Shown here in pieces: positions 1 through 14,545 of a DNA stretch of 64,000 bases (its first letter is position 1; each line of letters opens with the position of its first letter). The stretch is from the NCBI RefSeq assembly GCF_009914755.1, contig NC_060940.1; one strand, given 5' to 3'. The position numbers and the translations under genes were made by a program. Source of the stretch: the human T2T-CHM13v2.0 reference genome, Homo sapiens. The notes below the pieces were generated by a model, which did not search any database, was not told where the DNA came from, and saw only the letters and a list, made by a program, of their open reading frames with translations.

Positions 1-39
1 TTCATTTATTACTGATAGGAAGAGATGCTTACAACATGA

Positions 40-196
40 CGACACAGTGCTGAGTACCTTAGGGAGTTTTTTCACTAACTCCTCACCCCAGGTAAGAGGG
101 ATATAATTTTCCGTATTTTTGAAATGTGGAAACTGGGGCAAAAAGTAACGTACCCAAGATCACTTGGAAAGTCAGAATTCAGATCCAGGACTCTAG
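40..196 (-). mobile_element. MIR SINE fragment
   Basis: Degenerate reverse-complement MIR core (ggaaactggggc...gtaacgtacccaagatcac). Confidence 0.6.
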
Positions 197-2334
197 ATTT
201 TTTAAACCACATTTAAAATCATGATAGTGTTTCTAGTTTACTCAGATTCCGTTGAAAGGTGTCAGGGCTAAGGATAGACAAGCACATACCTTAGAAAGCC
301 CGCAAAGAAAGTGTCAGATCCACAGGCTCCTCATGTGACATAAACCTTGTTGCAATTTAGTATTTGCTGGTGTCTAGGTTCTAATGTGTCTTCCTCTCAC
401 TTATAGGAAAAGGTTGAGTAGGGGGATGGAGGGTAATGTTTGATTTGGTTTGGATGGAAGTTTTCTCTTCTCTGTGTTGAACAGAAAATTGCCCCTGTCC
501 TGGCATGCAAAGTGCGATTCTGTTATTGTCAGATGTCTTAAGTGGGTTTATATTATTGTTCTCTGTTAATCATTTTCAGAGAGGAAAAAGGGCATGGAAC
601 TTAAAGTCTGAGAACTTGACATAGAAGTAGAATACATAAAAGGAATGATGACATTTAACCCACAGGCCTGTTCTGGGAATAGGACACACACAGGTTTGTG
701 TTTGCAAAGATTCTGGGAGGGCCCCTGGCACATAGTAAGCACTTCATGAATTCTCATCTCCTTCTTCTGTGTCAAAGCAGGATAAGGACTTTTAGAGGAA
801 TTAGTAAAGAATAAAAATGAAATAGACTGTGCTGTTGAGCACTGTATTCAATTTTAAAAAAAAAATCTTGTTAGGAAATGAATGGAAAATGTTTCTGCAT
901 TTGCAGTAGAGCAGAAAACAAGGCAATTATGGATATCAAGAATTGACTGTAATCACAAGTCACAGATAAAGAATTACAGCATTGGCTCCTAAAGAGAAGG
1001 GAGGAGATGAAGTTTGGATTAGAGTTCAAATAGATTTGAGGAGATGAGAGAGAACATGACAGCTATTCTGGGGTTACTTTAGTAGGAAAACTTAATATGG
1101 AATAGTGGAAAGAACATAGACTTGACCTAAAGTTTCCTGAAACAGACTGTTGAAAAAGTTAATAAATAATTTCAGAAAATACTTTATTGTCAATGTCATC
1201 ATCAGCATAAACCATCTATTGATTTTTTCCCAAATACATATGACTGTTTAAATAACAATTAGCAAGTGATTACTATGTGTTAGACACTACTAACGTGTTA
1301 TTCTATTTAATCTTCTTAGGAACCTTTTACGGTAGATATTATTCAGATGTTATGGTTCAACAAGATGAATCTCAGAATTGAGTGCTCCTCTTCAAGTATA
1401 ATTAATTTAAACATGGAAGTATAGAGATTACTTGATATACATTGAAAAGCTAATATATGCTGGTTATTTTGCACATATTGACTCATTTGATCATCAAAAC
1501 GACACATGACTTAAATGTTATCACATCCTTTTTACACATTTGGAAATGGAGTTTCACAGAGTTACAGAAATTTGGCCCAAATCACATGGTTATAAATGGC
1601 AGAGGCACAAATGGAGTCCTAGTTTGTTTGATTCTGCCAAGACACAACCCAAGAAACCTGGTACATCTCTCGTGATCATAACATATATTCTTAGTTTAAG
1701 ACTCTCAGTCTCAGAGGAAAATCAATGATGAAAGTCATGCCTAATGGCCCAGTCCTTTTTCTTTCAACAAAGTGTGAATGTATTCATGTATGGTCATTTG
1801 TTGTACGTAATCATCATCAACCTGCCAGATAAACAGCTAATTATTTTGGTTGTGTTATAAGCAAATAAACTTGCCCATGTGCAATTTGACAAATAGGGCC
1901 CAATCAACAGAGAAACAATTGTTCCAAGCTTGCAAACTCCCAGGAGTCTAATGAGCAATGGCTTACTGAATGAGCAATTGAAAAACAAAGAAATTACATT
2001 AGTGTGGTTTCTTTAGGAATAAAGAGCAATCCATTGGCTTTCATGCCTTTGTAATAAAGAAATTTGTTAGCTGTGGATTGGGCAGTAGAAAAAGCACACA
2101 GAGAATGCATATACCTTTAACCTGACTGTTTCTGACACTACAACACTTCCGGGGCACATCCTCTCTCATTGCCCTCTGGGACTACATAAATACCAGAACT
2201 TTTACCCTCAACCTGCTTGCCTAGCCAAAGATAACACCCTCAGCACCTAGCCAAAGGCTTTCTTTGGGAGCAGATGCTTGTGTTTTTGAATGACTGGAGC
2301 ACTCAGGTTATGTTTGAGCCTGTTAAAATAGGAT

Positions 2335-2525
2335 GTATGGTGCTTAATGTGTGAAGAGATGAGCTTTGGTCTTGATCACATCTGAATTTGAACCCAGTCT
2401 CTCTTACTTACTAGGCATGTGCTTTTGGACAAGTGGCTCAACTCTTTTCAGCAAATGTGTCTCATCTATGGATAGATAGAGTAAAATTTTTTCATTTCTC
2501 TCAAGATCTTTGAAAGTATTAACTA
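2335..2525 (+). mobile_element. MIR SINE fragment
   Basis: MIR-like tttgaacccagtctctcttacttactag...ttggacaagtggctcaac...ctcatct. Confidence 0.6.
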
Positions 2526-2555
2526 AAATAAAAGTAAAAATTCAAACTAGAACAC

Positions 2556-4561
2556 TGTGTTAGGCCATTCATGCATTGCTATTGATGGCAGCAATGGACC
2601 ACCTGAAATGGCCACTGCCAAGACACTGGCTGCAGCAGGGGAGGTGTGGCTGGGCCGGACACTCCATGGAACCAGCAGGAGCCAGAAACAAGTGGGAGTC
2701 CCACCCTCCTGGCCACAGCTGCAGCCTCCCAGTTGTGGCTGTGGACCCAGGACTCCCTGTGCTCCTGTGGGCTGGGAGGAGACTGTAGCCCCGCTCTCCT
2801 GAGTGCAGCTGCAGCCACCCAAACTGCACCTGTGGACCCAGGCATCTCTGCACTCTCAGGGGCCTGGGAAGGCCCCCCTAACCCCTGCAAGCTCAGACGT
2901 GTCTGTTCCCGCTGCCTGGTCTCTTCCTGCTCCTGCATCTGTTCCAATCTCAGAGTGAGGTTGGGGCCAAGCCTGGGTGTTGTAGCAGCACGGTGAGGTA
3001 TGTGCATGTTTTGGGAAGCGCTGACACACCAGCCCCCTGCTGCCTCAGCCCCCTCCAGACTTTGAGCACCAACAAGCATGGGAGGAAGGTCAAGGTGGTG
3101 CTGAGGGCAGCTTGGTGCTGGCCTGCAGCTGCCTAGCAGCATGAACAGCCTGGGTGCCATGAATAGCAGCAGGAGGCAGACAGGCTCCTGGGTAGAAGAG
3201 GGTGGGTCACCACTGAAGCTCCACCTTCAAGCTGGGGAAGGCTTGAAGCCTGGGGGCCCGGCTGCCAGTCCTGCAGACTGGAGTGGGAACTTGTGGTGCA
3301 TTTTCCAGGACCACCTATGGCCTCCCATGGACCAATTGGTGCCCACTTCCTCCCCTCTGAGGCCCATGAAAGCCCTGGACTCAGCCAGACTTGAGGAGAC
3401 AATGACTAGGTATGGACAGCAACTACCTACCCCCGTGTCTCGTCTCTACTTAGAGCTGAACACTAGACAAGACAACCTGCTTGTGGGGAGAAGCTACCCA
3501 ATGCAGGCCTCCTCTGAACCCTTCTGTCACTCAATAAAGCTCCTTTTTGCCTTGCTCACCTTCCACTTGTCTGTGGACCTCATTCTTCATAGACACAGGA
3601 CAAAAATCCAGGACCCACAAAATGGTGGGGCTAAAAGATCTGTAACACAAACAGGGCTGAAACATCCCCCTGGCTCACCACATTGCAGAAGGACAGAAGA
3701 AAGAAAGAGAGAATAGCTGCAGCCCTTCGGGGAGTCCACACCTAGGAGCTCCCTAAGCTAGGGCTATGACACCCTCTTTGGGACTCTGGTTCCTGGCATC
3801 TCTAAGCTTCTGAATGTCACTGCATTCCCTGGTGCCAGCCATGGAAGCTGCTTGTGGTGTGCTTGGTCCAGCCACAGGCTGACAGGAAGCCTCGCAGGGA
3901 GCTGGCACCTGTGCCGGCACCTGAAACTGCTTGCCCTACTGAAGTCAGCGTGCCTGTCTGTACGCAGTGTCTGGACGCCATGCTCAGTCATTCACACGCC
4001 CCTCACCGCTCCACTCGCTCTTGGCAGGCATGGGATCTAGGCCGGTAGGATAAGCCGAGTGCTGCCTGCCACACCGAGTGGGTGGAACGAGCCCAGCAAG
4101 TCTGAGCAAAACTCAAGCAAAGGCATCGCTGGCAACAGAGGTTTCCAGCCAGAAAAGCATCAACCCAAGAATCCCATGACACTATAGAGAAATACCTGAG
4201 GCTGTATAATTTGTAAGAAATGAATTTTAATTGGCTCACAGTGCAGCAGGCTGTACAAGCATGGTGCCTGCATCTGCCTGGCTTCTGAGGAGGCCTCAGG
4301 GAGCTTTTACCCATACTGGAAAGTGAAGCAGGAAGGGGTACATCATATGGCAAAAGCAGGAGGAAGAGGCAGCGGGAGGGATATGCCACACACTTAAACA
4401 ACCAGATCTTGTGAGTATTCACTCACTATTGCAAGGACAGTACCAAACCATGAGGGATCCACCTCCGTGACCCAAGCACCTCCTACCACGCTCTACCTCC
4501 AACATTGGAGCTTACATTTTAGCATTAGGTTTGCAGGGGGAGAAATATCCAAACTATATCA
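2556..4561 (-). mobile_element. MST (MSTB-like) MaLR solo LTR, split by MER52 (pieces 2556-2582 and 4182-4561)
   Basis: Starts tgtgttaggccattc, resumes agagaaatacctgagg...ggctcacagtgcagcaggctgtacaagcatgg, ends aaactatatca. Perfect 5-bp TSD aacac at 2551-2555 and 4562-4566. Confidence 0.9.
2583..4181 (+). mobile_element. MER52 (MER52A-like) ERV1 solo LTR
   Basis: TG...CA termini (tgatggcagc...cccatgaca), GC-rich, about 1.6 kb, internal tcaataaagctcc polyA-signal region. 4-bp TSD ctat at 2579-2582 and 4182-4185. Confidence 0.85.
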
Positions 4562-4582
4562 AACACCATGCTGATAATTTGG

Positions 4583-4635
4583 GTGTGTGTATATACATGT
4601 GTGTGTGCATGTATGTGTGTATGTGCATGTACTTG

Positions 4636-4667
<32 letters not shown>

Positions 4668-4684
4668 CGTGTTTGTGTGTATGC
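4583..4684. repeat. Imperfect (TG)n/(TATG)n microsatellite
   Basis: Visible alternating purine-pyrimidine run with a pure (TG)n core near 4635-4658. Confidence 0.95.
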
Positions 4685-7646
4685 CTGATGTTGATATTTA
4701 GGGAAGACAAATCAAGTTGATTGGCAATGAGAAGTATGTCCCAGCAAAGTCACATCCCAATCACGGCTATGTTTATCCATTTTGTAATTTCCCTGAAATT
4801 TTTACAAGATGAGGAACTAGGGAAGCAGGATCAACCACAGAGCAGAGTAAATACAGCTAAACGGCTTTGAACAGATTCGGCTTATGCTCTTGTAAGTAGC
4901 TTATTCACTCCAGTTTTAGGAAAACAGGAAGTAATAAGATTAAAGTTCCAAAGCTCAAATGAAAACATAATGTCAAATCTGGTCCAAGTAGGATTTAGGT
5001 TCAGAAAAGAGATTGAAATACTCCATAAAATTAAAAGAAAATGAATAAGCTTATAATAAGTCTGAGGTACACAGTCTCCTTATATTTTGTAAATTCTTAG
5101 TGGAGCACTACATGGAAAATAATAAACTGAGAGGGTTTATTTAGGAAGCCCTGTGCTGAGCAGAAGATATGGGCCAGGCATTTTCAGGATATGTACACTA
5201 AAGTGTCATGCACAGTATCTGCCATTAGGGACTCAGTAAGGAATAGAGCAGTGGCTTGCAAACTTTTTGATCATAGTGCACTCAGTAGGGCCAAAAAACC
5301 TCTAGACCTGCATATTTATCTCATTCTCATTTGGAAGTATTCAATTATACCACAGAATTGGAGAGAAATGTCCATACGTTGCTCATTATTTGTTTCCTCA
5401 GATACTTTACATATACATAACTACAAAACAAAGTAATTCAAACTTTCAAATGAACAATTACCTTTATCAATTGTGTAACACAAGTTATTTAAGTGGTAAA
5501 ATTTCAGATGGAGTCTCTTACCAATCAAAAACTAGTGTATAAGCACATTTGGACTAATTATTGACATCTGTTACAGAAATGGGTATAGGTACTATTATAT
5601 TTAAACATATTTAAGCTGCAGTTTATACTAATATTAAAGTTCAATAATAAGAATGTTTTAAAAATATACATTACTCTCCCTCTAAGGACAATTGAAACAG
5701 CACACAGTAAACTAAATTGCTAATGAGGAAATTAAACTAATAGTGATTTGCAACATAAAGTAAAACTGGCATAAATTCCTCCACCAGTTCAAGGCAAAAC
5801 TGGGGTTACGTCAGAGATGAATTTTTTTTCAAGTTATGAAATTCTCAAAATCTACTTGTAGGTGTGCACATTAGGAGGTGTAAAACTTTCAAAGAATTAC
5901 ATGAGTCAAACTTCTCAGAAAATTACTGACTAGTCCTCAGGGAATTCTAACTTTTATGAGGCATTCTTACTTTTAGAAGCCATTATGAACACACTGAGTG
6001 GATTACTAGCAAATAACATTCAGCTGTCTATTTACAATAAAAACAAAATAAAGCACAGATCATTTATCAGCACGTTAGGTGCATGTACTCATAGACGCAG
6101 GACAATAAAAATAAATAATAGCTTATACTTACCACTGAGTATGCGCTACACACTGTTCTAAGTGCTTTGCAGGCATTTATTTATTTTAAAATTATATTTT
6201 ATTGTGGTAAGAAAGTTAAGCATGAGACCTACCCTTTAACAAAATTTTAAGTGTGTAGTACATTGTTGTTAGTAATAGGCACAATTTTGTACAGCAGACC
6301 TTTATAAGTTATTCATCTTTCTTAACTGAAAACGTATGCCCTTGATTAGTAACTCTTCATTCCAGGCTCCGGCAGCCACTTCTCTCCAGGCCCTGGCAGC
6401 CATCATTCCACTCTTTTATCCTATAAATCTGACTATTTCAGATAACTCTTTTAAGTGGAACCATGCAGTATTTTTCCTTCTGTAACTGACTTATTTCACT
6501 TAGCATAATTGTCCTCAAAGTTTATTCAAGTTGCCACATATTGCAGAATTTCCTTCTTTTTAAAGTCTGAATAATATCCCATTACATGTATATAACACAA
6601 TTCTTTATTCATTCATCTTTCTATGAAAATTTAAGTTGTTTCCACATCTTTGTTATTGTGAATAGTGATGCAATGAATACAAGAGGGCTAATAACTATTG
6701 GAGATCTTGATTTTAATTTGTTTGGGTAAATACTCAGAAGTAGGATTGTGGGATCATACGGTAACTCAATTTTTAATTGTTTTAGGAACCTCCATACTGT
6801 TTTCCATAGAGGTTACACTATTTTGCATTCCTACTAATGGAAAAGGGTTGCAATTTCTCCACATCCTTGCCAATGCTTGTTCTCTTTTATCTTTGCTATC
6901 CTAACAGTTGTGAGTTGATATCATTGTGGTTTCGATTTTCATTTTCCTCATGATTTGTTACATTGAGCATCTTTTTGATACCTGTTGCCAATTAGGCTGT
7001 GTTCTTTAGAGAAGAATTGTGTATTCAAATTATGAGCTCGTTTTAAAAATTCAGATTATTCGTTATTTTGCTGTTGAGTGGTAGGAGTATCTTACGTATT
7101 TGAAAATTATCCCCTTGACAAATATATGTTTTGAAAATATTTTCTCACACTCCATAGGTTATCTTTTCACTCTCAAATGTTTCATTAGCTTTGCAGAAGC
7201 TTTTTTGTTTGATGTCATCACAATGATTATTTTTGCTTTTTTTTTATTATGCTTTTGGTGTCAGATCAATAAAAATGATTGCCTAGGCCAATGCCATAAA
7301 CCTTTTCTCCTGTGTTTTCTTCTAGGAGTTTTACAATTTTAGGTTTTATATGTAAACATTTAATCCATTTTGAGTTGATTTTTGTGTACAGCCTAGTAGT
7401 TCAATTTCATTCTTTTGTGTATGTATATCCAATTTTTCCAAAACCATTTATTGAAGATACCATTCTTTCCCTATTGTGTATTTGTGACACCCTTATCTAA
7501 GGTCAGTTGACTATACATACATGCATTTATTTTTGGGCTCTCTCTTTGGTTCCATTCATCTATATGTCTGTTTTATACCATTACAATACTGTCTTAAATA
7601 CTACAGCTTTGTAATATATTTTGAAATCAGGAAGGGTGATCTCTAG

Positions 7647-9307
<1,661 letters not shown>

Positions 9308-9937
9308 AATTTGGTTATTTGGGTTTCTGTGTGATTCCATAGAAGTTTTATTGTTCTTTTTTACTTTCTGTGAAAATACCATTGGAATTTTAATACGAAT
9401 GGCACTGAATCTGTAGATTCTTTTGGGTAGTATATAACTACCAATATTGTCTTTCAGTTCATGAACAAGAGACACCTTTCCATTTGTCTTGTTTAATATT
9501 TTGCATCAGTGTTTTGTAGTTTCCAGTTTATGTCTTTTACCTCCTCAGTTAAGTTTATTTCTAAGTACATTATTTATTTTAGTCCTATTGTAAATAGAAT
9601 TGTCTTTCTAATTTCCTTTCCAGATAGTTTAATATTAGCATATAAAATTTACAACTGATTTTGTATGTTGATTTTGTATCCTGCAGCTTTACAGAATTTG
9701 TCTACAGTTCTAACAGGTTTTTTAATAATGGAGTTTCTAAAGTTTCTACATAATATCATATCATTTACAGACAGGGACAAATTTACTGCTTTCTTTCTGA
9801 TTCGTGTATATATATATTTAATTTGTCTTGCCTAATTGCTCTGGCTAGGACTTCCAGTACTACACTGAATAGAAGTGGTGAGAGTGGGCATTCTTGCCTT
9901 GTTCCAGATCTTTGAGAAAAAGCTTTCAGTTTATCAC

Positions 9938-10364
9938 TAATATAGTTGGGACATGTGTCCCTACCCAAATCTCATGTTGAATTGTAATGCCTAATATTGG
10001 AGGTGGAGCCTGGTAGGAGGTGACTGATTCATGGTGGTGAATTTCTCATGAATGATTTAGCACCATCACTTTGGTGTGATTCTCATGATAGTGAGTGAGT
10101 TCTCACAAGATCTGGCTGTTTAAAAGTGTGTGGCACCTACCTCCCTCTCTCTCTTGCCCATGCTCTGGTCATATGATATGTCTGCTCTACCTTCACCTTC
10201 TGTCATGATTGTTAAGTTTCCTGAAGCATCCCTAGAAGCTGAGCAGATGCCAGCATCATGCTTCCTGTACAGCCTGCAGAACTGTGAGCCAATTACACTT
10301 TTTTCCTTTATAAATTACCCCATCTCAGAAATTCTTCATAGCAATGCAGGAATGGCTTAATACA
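9938..10364 (+). mobile_element. MSTB-like MaLR solo LTR (427 bp)
   Basis: taatatagttgg...cccaaatctcatgttgaattgtaat...ataaattaccc...ttaataca. Perfect TSD atcac at 9933-9937 and 10365-10369. Confidence 0.92.
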
Positions 10365-11351
10365 ATCACCATTGAGAGTGATGTCATAACTCCTCAATAC
10401 TATAAATGAAGTAGGTAGTAATATCAACTCATTTAAGGCAAGGAAAAAAGAGATTGCATATTCTTACCTGGACTGAGAGATTTCTGTTTAAATCCTGTCA
10501 CTCTGCTCATTTTCTGACATTCACAAGTTTGAAACAAAGTAACACTTGTAAAATTCTTTCACTTAGAGCCAGATGCATAGTAGGTACTATTAGCTAATCT
10601 GAATCTGAAATTGAATTTGGCAAGAAAGAAAAAGAATATTAAAATTCTTTACCCTATGACTTTCATATCTAACTAAATCAAAATACACTTTCCTCATGTG
10701 TGTTTTTGAGACATTTTCCATTATGCTTTGCAATATCTTTGTGTTATGAGCAAGTGCTTAATATATAGATGTAGATATAGATGCAGCTCTATTAACGTAC
10801 ATACTTTAAATGTAGAAAAAGTGTTTCTTCTTACTAGATCATACAAATTAACTGGATAGTGGATAGAATTCAGTATTGATTCACTTAAAGTGAAAAGTAT
10901 TGAAGCATTGTATACTTAATTTTGCATTCACCATGGGAAATACATGGGAGATATTTATGGATGTCTGCATGTGATTTGAGTAAGAGCTGCCATTCTGAAA
11001 GGTGGATATTATTCATCATATTGCCTTTATAGTAATGGAAAATAGAAAACCATCAGGAGCAGGTTGGTCACTAAACAGGCCCCCAGATAGGAATATTGGT
11101 AAAGTCAACATAAGTTCAATGTCAGCTCAAGCTGAAGTCAAAAAACCTCATCGTGCATCCACATATCAGACTCAGGGCCACTATCTGTCATTAATCAAGT
11201 CCCCCAAACATTGAAGAATACAGTGTTCCAGATTATTAAGTAAAAATAAGAATTATGACTGACAAAGGGCATTAAATGCAAATGCAAGCATTTGAGTCAG
11301 TAAATCCTCTGATTATGGAAACTCTTTCAAATAATGAACAATAGGTCTATT

Positions 11352-11560
11352 AATTAATTCATTTATTCATTCACTCAAGAGGTTGAGCTACATACTTGAG
11401 ATGCAATGTTTAGCAAAAGTGGAAACTCTCTGTCATCTGGAACTTTATAAATTAGCTGAAGTGTTAGATGTACAGTAAAAATGCGCAAATAACTGTAAAA
11501 TTACATCTGTGTAAATAGACATAAAGAAGTACATGTCATAAAGCTGTGTGAGCCTCAGGC
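11352..11560 (-). mobile_element. L2 3' fragment
   Basis: attcatttattcattcactcaa L2-tail-like start followed by degenerate L2 sequence. Confidence 0.45.
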
Positions 11561-13879
11561 AGTATAAAGGTGGTTTATTTACTTGTCCTCAACTACAAAA
11601 GCCTGTTGAACTCATGCCTCCATTTTCATAGATAAAAAAATTCCTATAGTCAGGACTTCACTTAACTTGGAAAAGGAACACTTACAATTCTCCATATAAT
11701 AAGCCCATGTTTCTGTATTTTCTTTCTTTTTTATAAAGGTATACGTGTGCCATTTTTAATAATCCTTATTTTATGGAATTTTTTCCAGCCAATTGCTTAA
11801 TTACCTGTGTGGATGACGTATAATTATACCTTGAACTTAATATATAACTTGAAAATATATTTGAATTATTCTCTGGCTATCTAAGATTATTGATTAAATT
11901 TTCTGTCTATATTCCCTGAACTGACTATACCTCTTCACTTGTCATGTTCCTAATTGAGATGTTAATAAAATCAATTCGATTAGAAATAAGTCACACCTGT
12001 GCTGTTCCTGCTACCATTGTTGATCAAAAAATCATAATAAAAATCATGAATACTATTCACTTTTTAGAATGGCAGATACCTTTGCTGTTTCTGACTGTGT
12101 TTTCGATATATTTTCTGCAAATAACTGAATTCATCTATCAGGTGATGGCTCTACCAGAGTTGGAACGGTCATGATCTTTCAGCTAAATTCACCAATGGTT
12201 TATGTCCGAATATAATGCTGTGTCTTACCTGGAGGTGGAGCAGGCTGACTAACTTCCCTTCCATTTCCTTTAACTATGTGTTGAGGAGGGTGGTCACAAT
12301 GAGTTTCCAAGGACTATTTCACAGAAACCTACACACAAGTGTTCACATGTTGATTCCCAGAACTGTCTGTGTAGTGCATTACCTAAACAGTCAAGGGCAG
12401 AAGGAACAATAACACATGAATTATTTCCCTTGGAAAAATCAGATAGTTAAAATTCATTTGAATTCTCAGAAAATAACACCTGATTTCCTTACCTCATTTT
12501 CTAACTGCTGCCAATAAGGTTTGGTCTGAAAAGTGGGTGGAGTGAAATCAAGAATGACATGGGTTGATGTTCATGGATGTATTCTTCTACCAGTGGAAAT
12601 GTTTATAAAACTAAACAAAATGTTCAAAGAGGAGTGTGCATAATTTATTTGTCTATAATACAGTCCGGCAACTCTCACAGTAGAGCCGACTGAGGAACTT
12701 CTATTGATTTCCATTGTTGTGAAGACATTTTAGACCTCAAAATTAAAGAGATGGAGCAAGTTGCAGCCTTTTGGGGAAATGAGTTCATCATTTGGAGGCT
12801 GCTTGGCTACGTGGCATATGCAAGAGAGTAAGAAAAATATACGTCTTCTATTTCAAGTATCTAGATATTTGAAAATCACCCCATACTGAAATTTGCCATG
12901 GAACCAGCCATGCCATTCTCATTAAGTTTACAATGCCTATTGTTAAAAGAAATAGTTCTTACTGTGGGGAGAAAATTATACCCAGCAATTCCAGCCTGTA
13001 ATAGTCTGCAAAAATAACTCCTAATTGACTGTTGAGAGTAATGATAACATGATTTAAAACATAACGTTGGCACCAGAAAATTTATTGCAGAAGACCAATC
13101 TGAGGGTTGAGCTGTCAGTAAAGCAACCCATTGAATTTTTCCAAGCGAATTCAAATAAAAACAGTAAGATTAAAAGTGATAACACAGTGCCAATGAGATA
13201 AGAATTTCTGCAAAATTAGATTACAGCCTTTTTGTGACCATAAAAACCATATTATCCTTGACATTGCTAAATCAATCACTGCAAGAATATTATCTTTACA
13301 AGTTAAACTACTGCTTCTTAGATTGAACCTGAAGAGTCCGGTCTGTTTTTCTGCTATTTGAGAAACAGAAGTGATGCTTCTTTTACATATATTTTGTCTG
13401 AAGAGGGATGAATGCTTTGCAAGCAGCTTTGTGACAAAGAAATCACACCATTTACCCATAACGTCACCAAAGGTATCATTTAGATTCAAAGGAAAAAAAA
13501 AAGAAACATTTGCAGAGTATTAAATTGTGAAATGCAATAACATCTACAACTTGTCATTTGGTCACTTATTGACATCCCATCACAATTTGTTAAAACCTAA
13601 GTTTATTTTTGTCTTTGTGCAACATAGGTAAGCATTTCCAGAAAACTCTGTTCATTCCTCAGCAATTCAGGCATCTTTGATGAATAGTTTTTATTTAGGA
13701 TACTGTTTTCCCTGTGGAGTGAGGAATTATCTTTATGTCCCTGTTCTGATTGTTCAGTAGGACAAAAAAGAACAAGAGAATAATCTTCTGTTTATGCAAA
13801 CATGAAATTCTAGACAATAGGTTTAAGACCATAACATCTTGACCACTGACTTCTCTGAAGCAAAATGCACATGATAAGA

Positions 13880-14100
13880 ACATAGACTCTTATGGGACCT
13901 GAAGTTGAATTCTGTCTACATTTCAGGGTAGCAATATGAGTTTGGCGAAGCCAGGTAACTGCTCTTCCCTGAGTTTCTTATCAGTAAAAAGTGTATAATA
14001 ATTTTGATAGGGTTGGTGTGAGAATTAAATTAAATACAAATCATGAAGCTTGACACATAGAAAGCACTTGGCACATTGAATTATCATTATTAACATTATC
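13880..14100 (+). mobile_element. MIR
   Basis: cctgagtttcttatcagtaaaa...gatagggttggtgtgagaattaaat...gacacatagaaagcact. Confidence 0.7.
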
Positions 14101-14545
14101 ATCTTCATCCATATCATTTGTGCTTCAAAACTATATTAACTAAATTACTATGTATTAAAATATGATGTCTTGTTTAAAATACCAAATTTTTGAGCATGCT
14201 GTTTTTTCTATCTGAAAGACCTCCAGATGTAAAGATGGCCTGGAAAATATTCATCAACATACAAGATTTACTTTTAAATATTTAAAAAGTAATAGATAGG
14301 TGGAGATAATTGATTCATCTTTGATTATCCTGGCAGATGAATTGATGCTATTTTCTTTCGATCTACTTCACAGGGCTTATGGGAACACTAACTTTGGACT
14401 TTCACTTGGCATGTAAGCATTCTCTAGCTTCTCTTTCTACCTAATAGAGTTTGAATTCCTTGGAGATAACTCCAGAATCCAACATGTAGAAGGTGTTGAA
14501 GTATGCTTCTTAAAGAAGAGGCTGTTTTTATGATATTTTGTTAGC

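Noticed and set aside
2135-2200. ETS (cacttccgg) plus ACTACA motifs resembling a ZNF143-type promoter
   Set aside because: Spacing to the CCCA half-site is wrong and there is no CpG island.
2547-4422. Cluster of 60-193 aa ORFs on both strands
   Set aside because: They lie in the GC-rich MER52/MST LTRs where stop codons are rare. No recognisable protein motifs.
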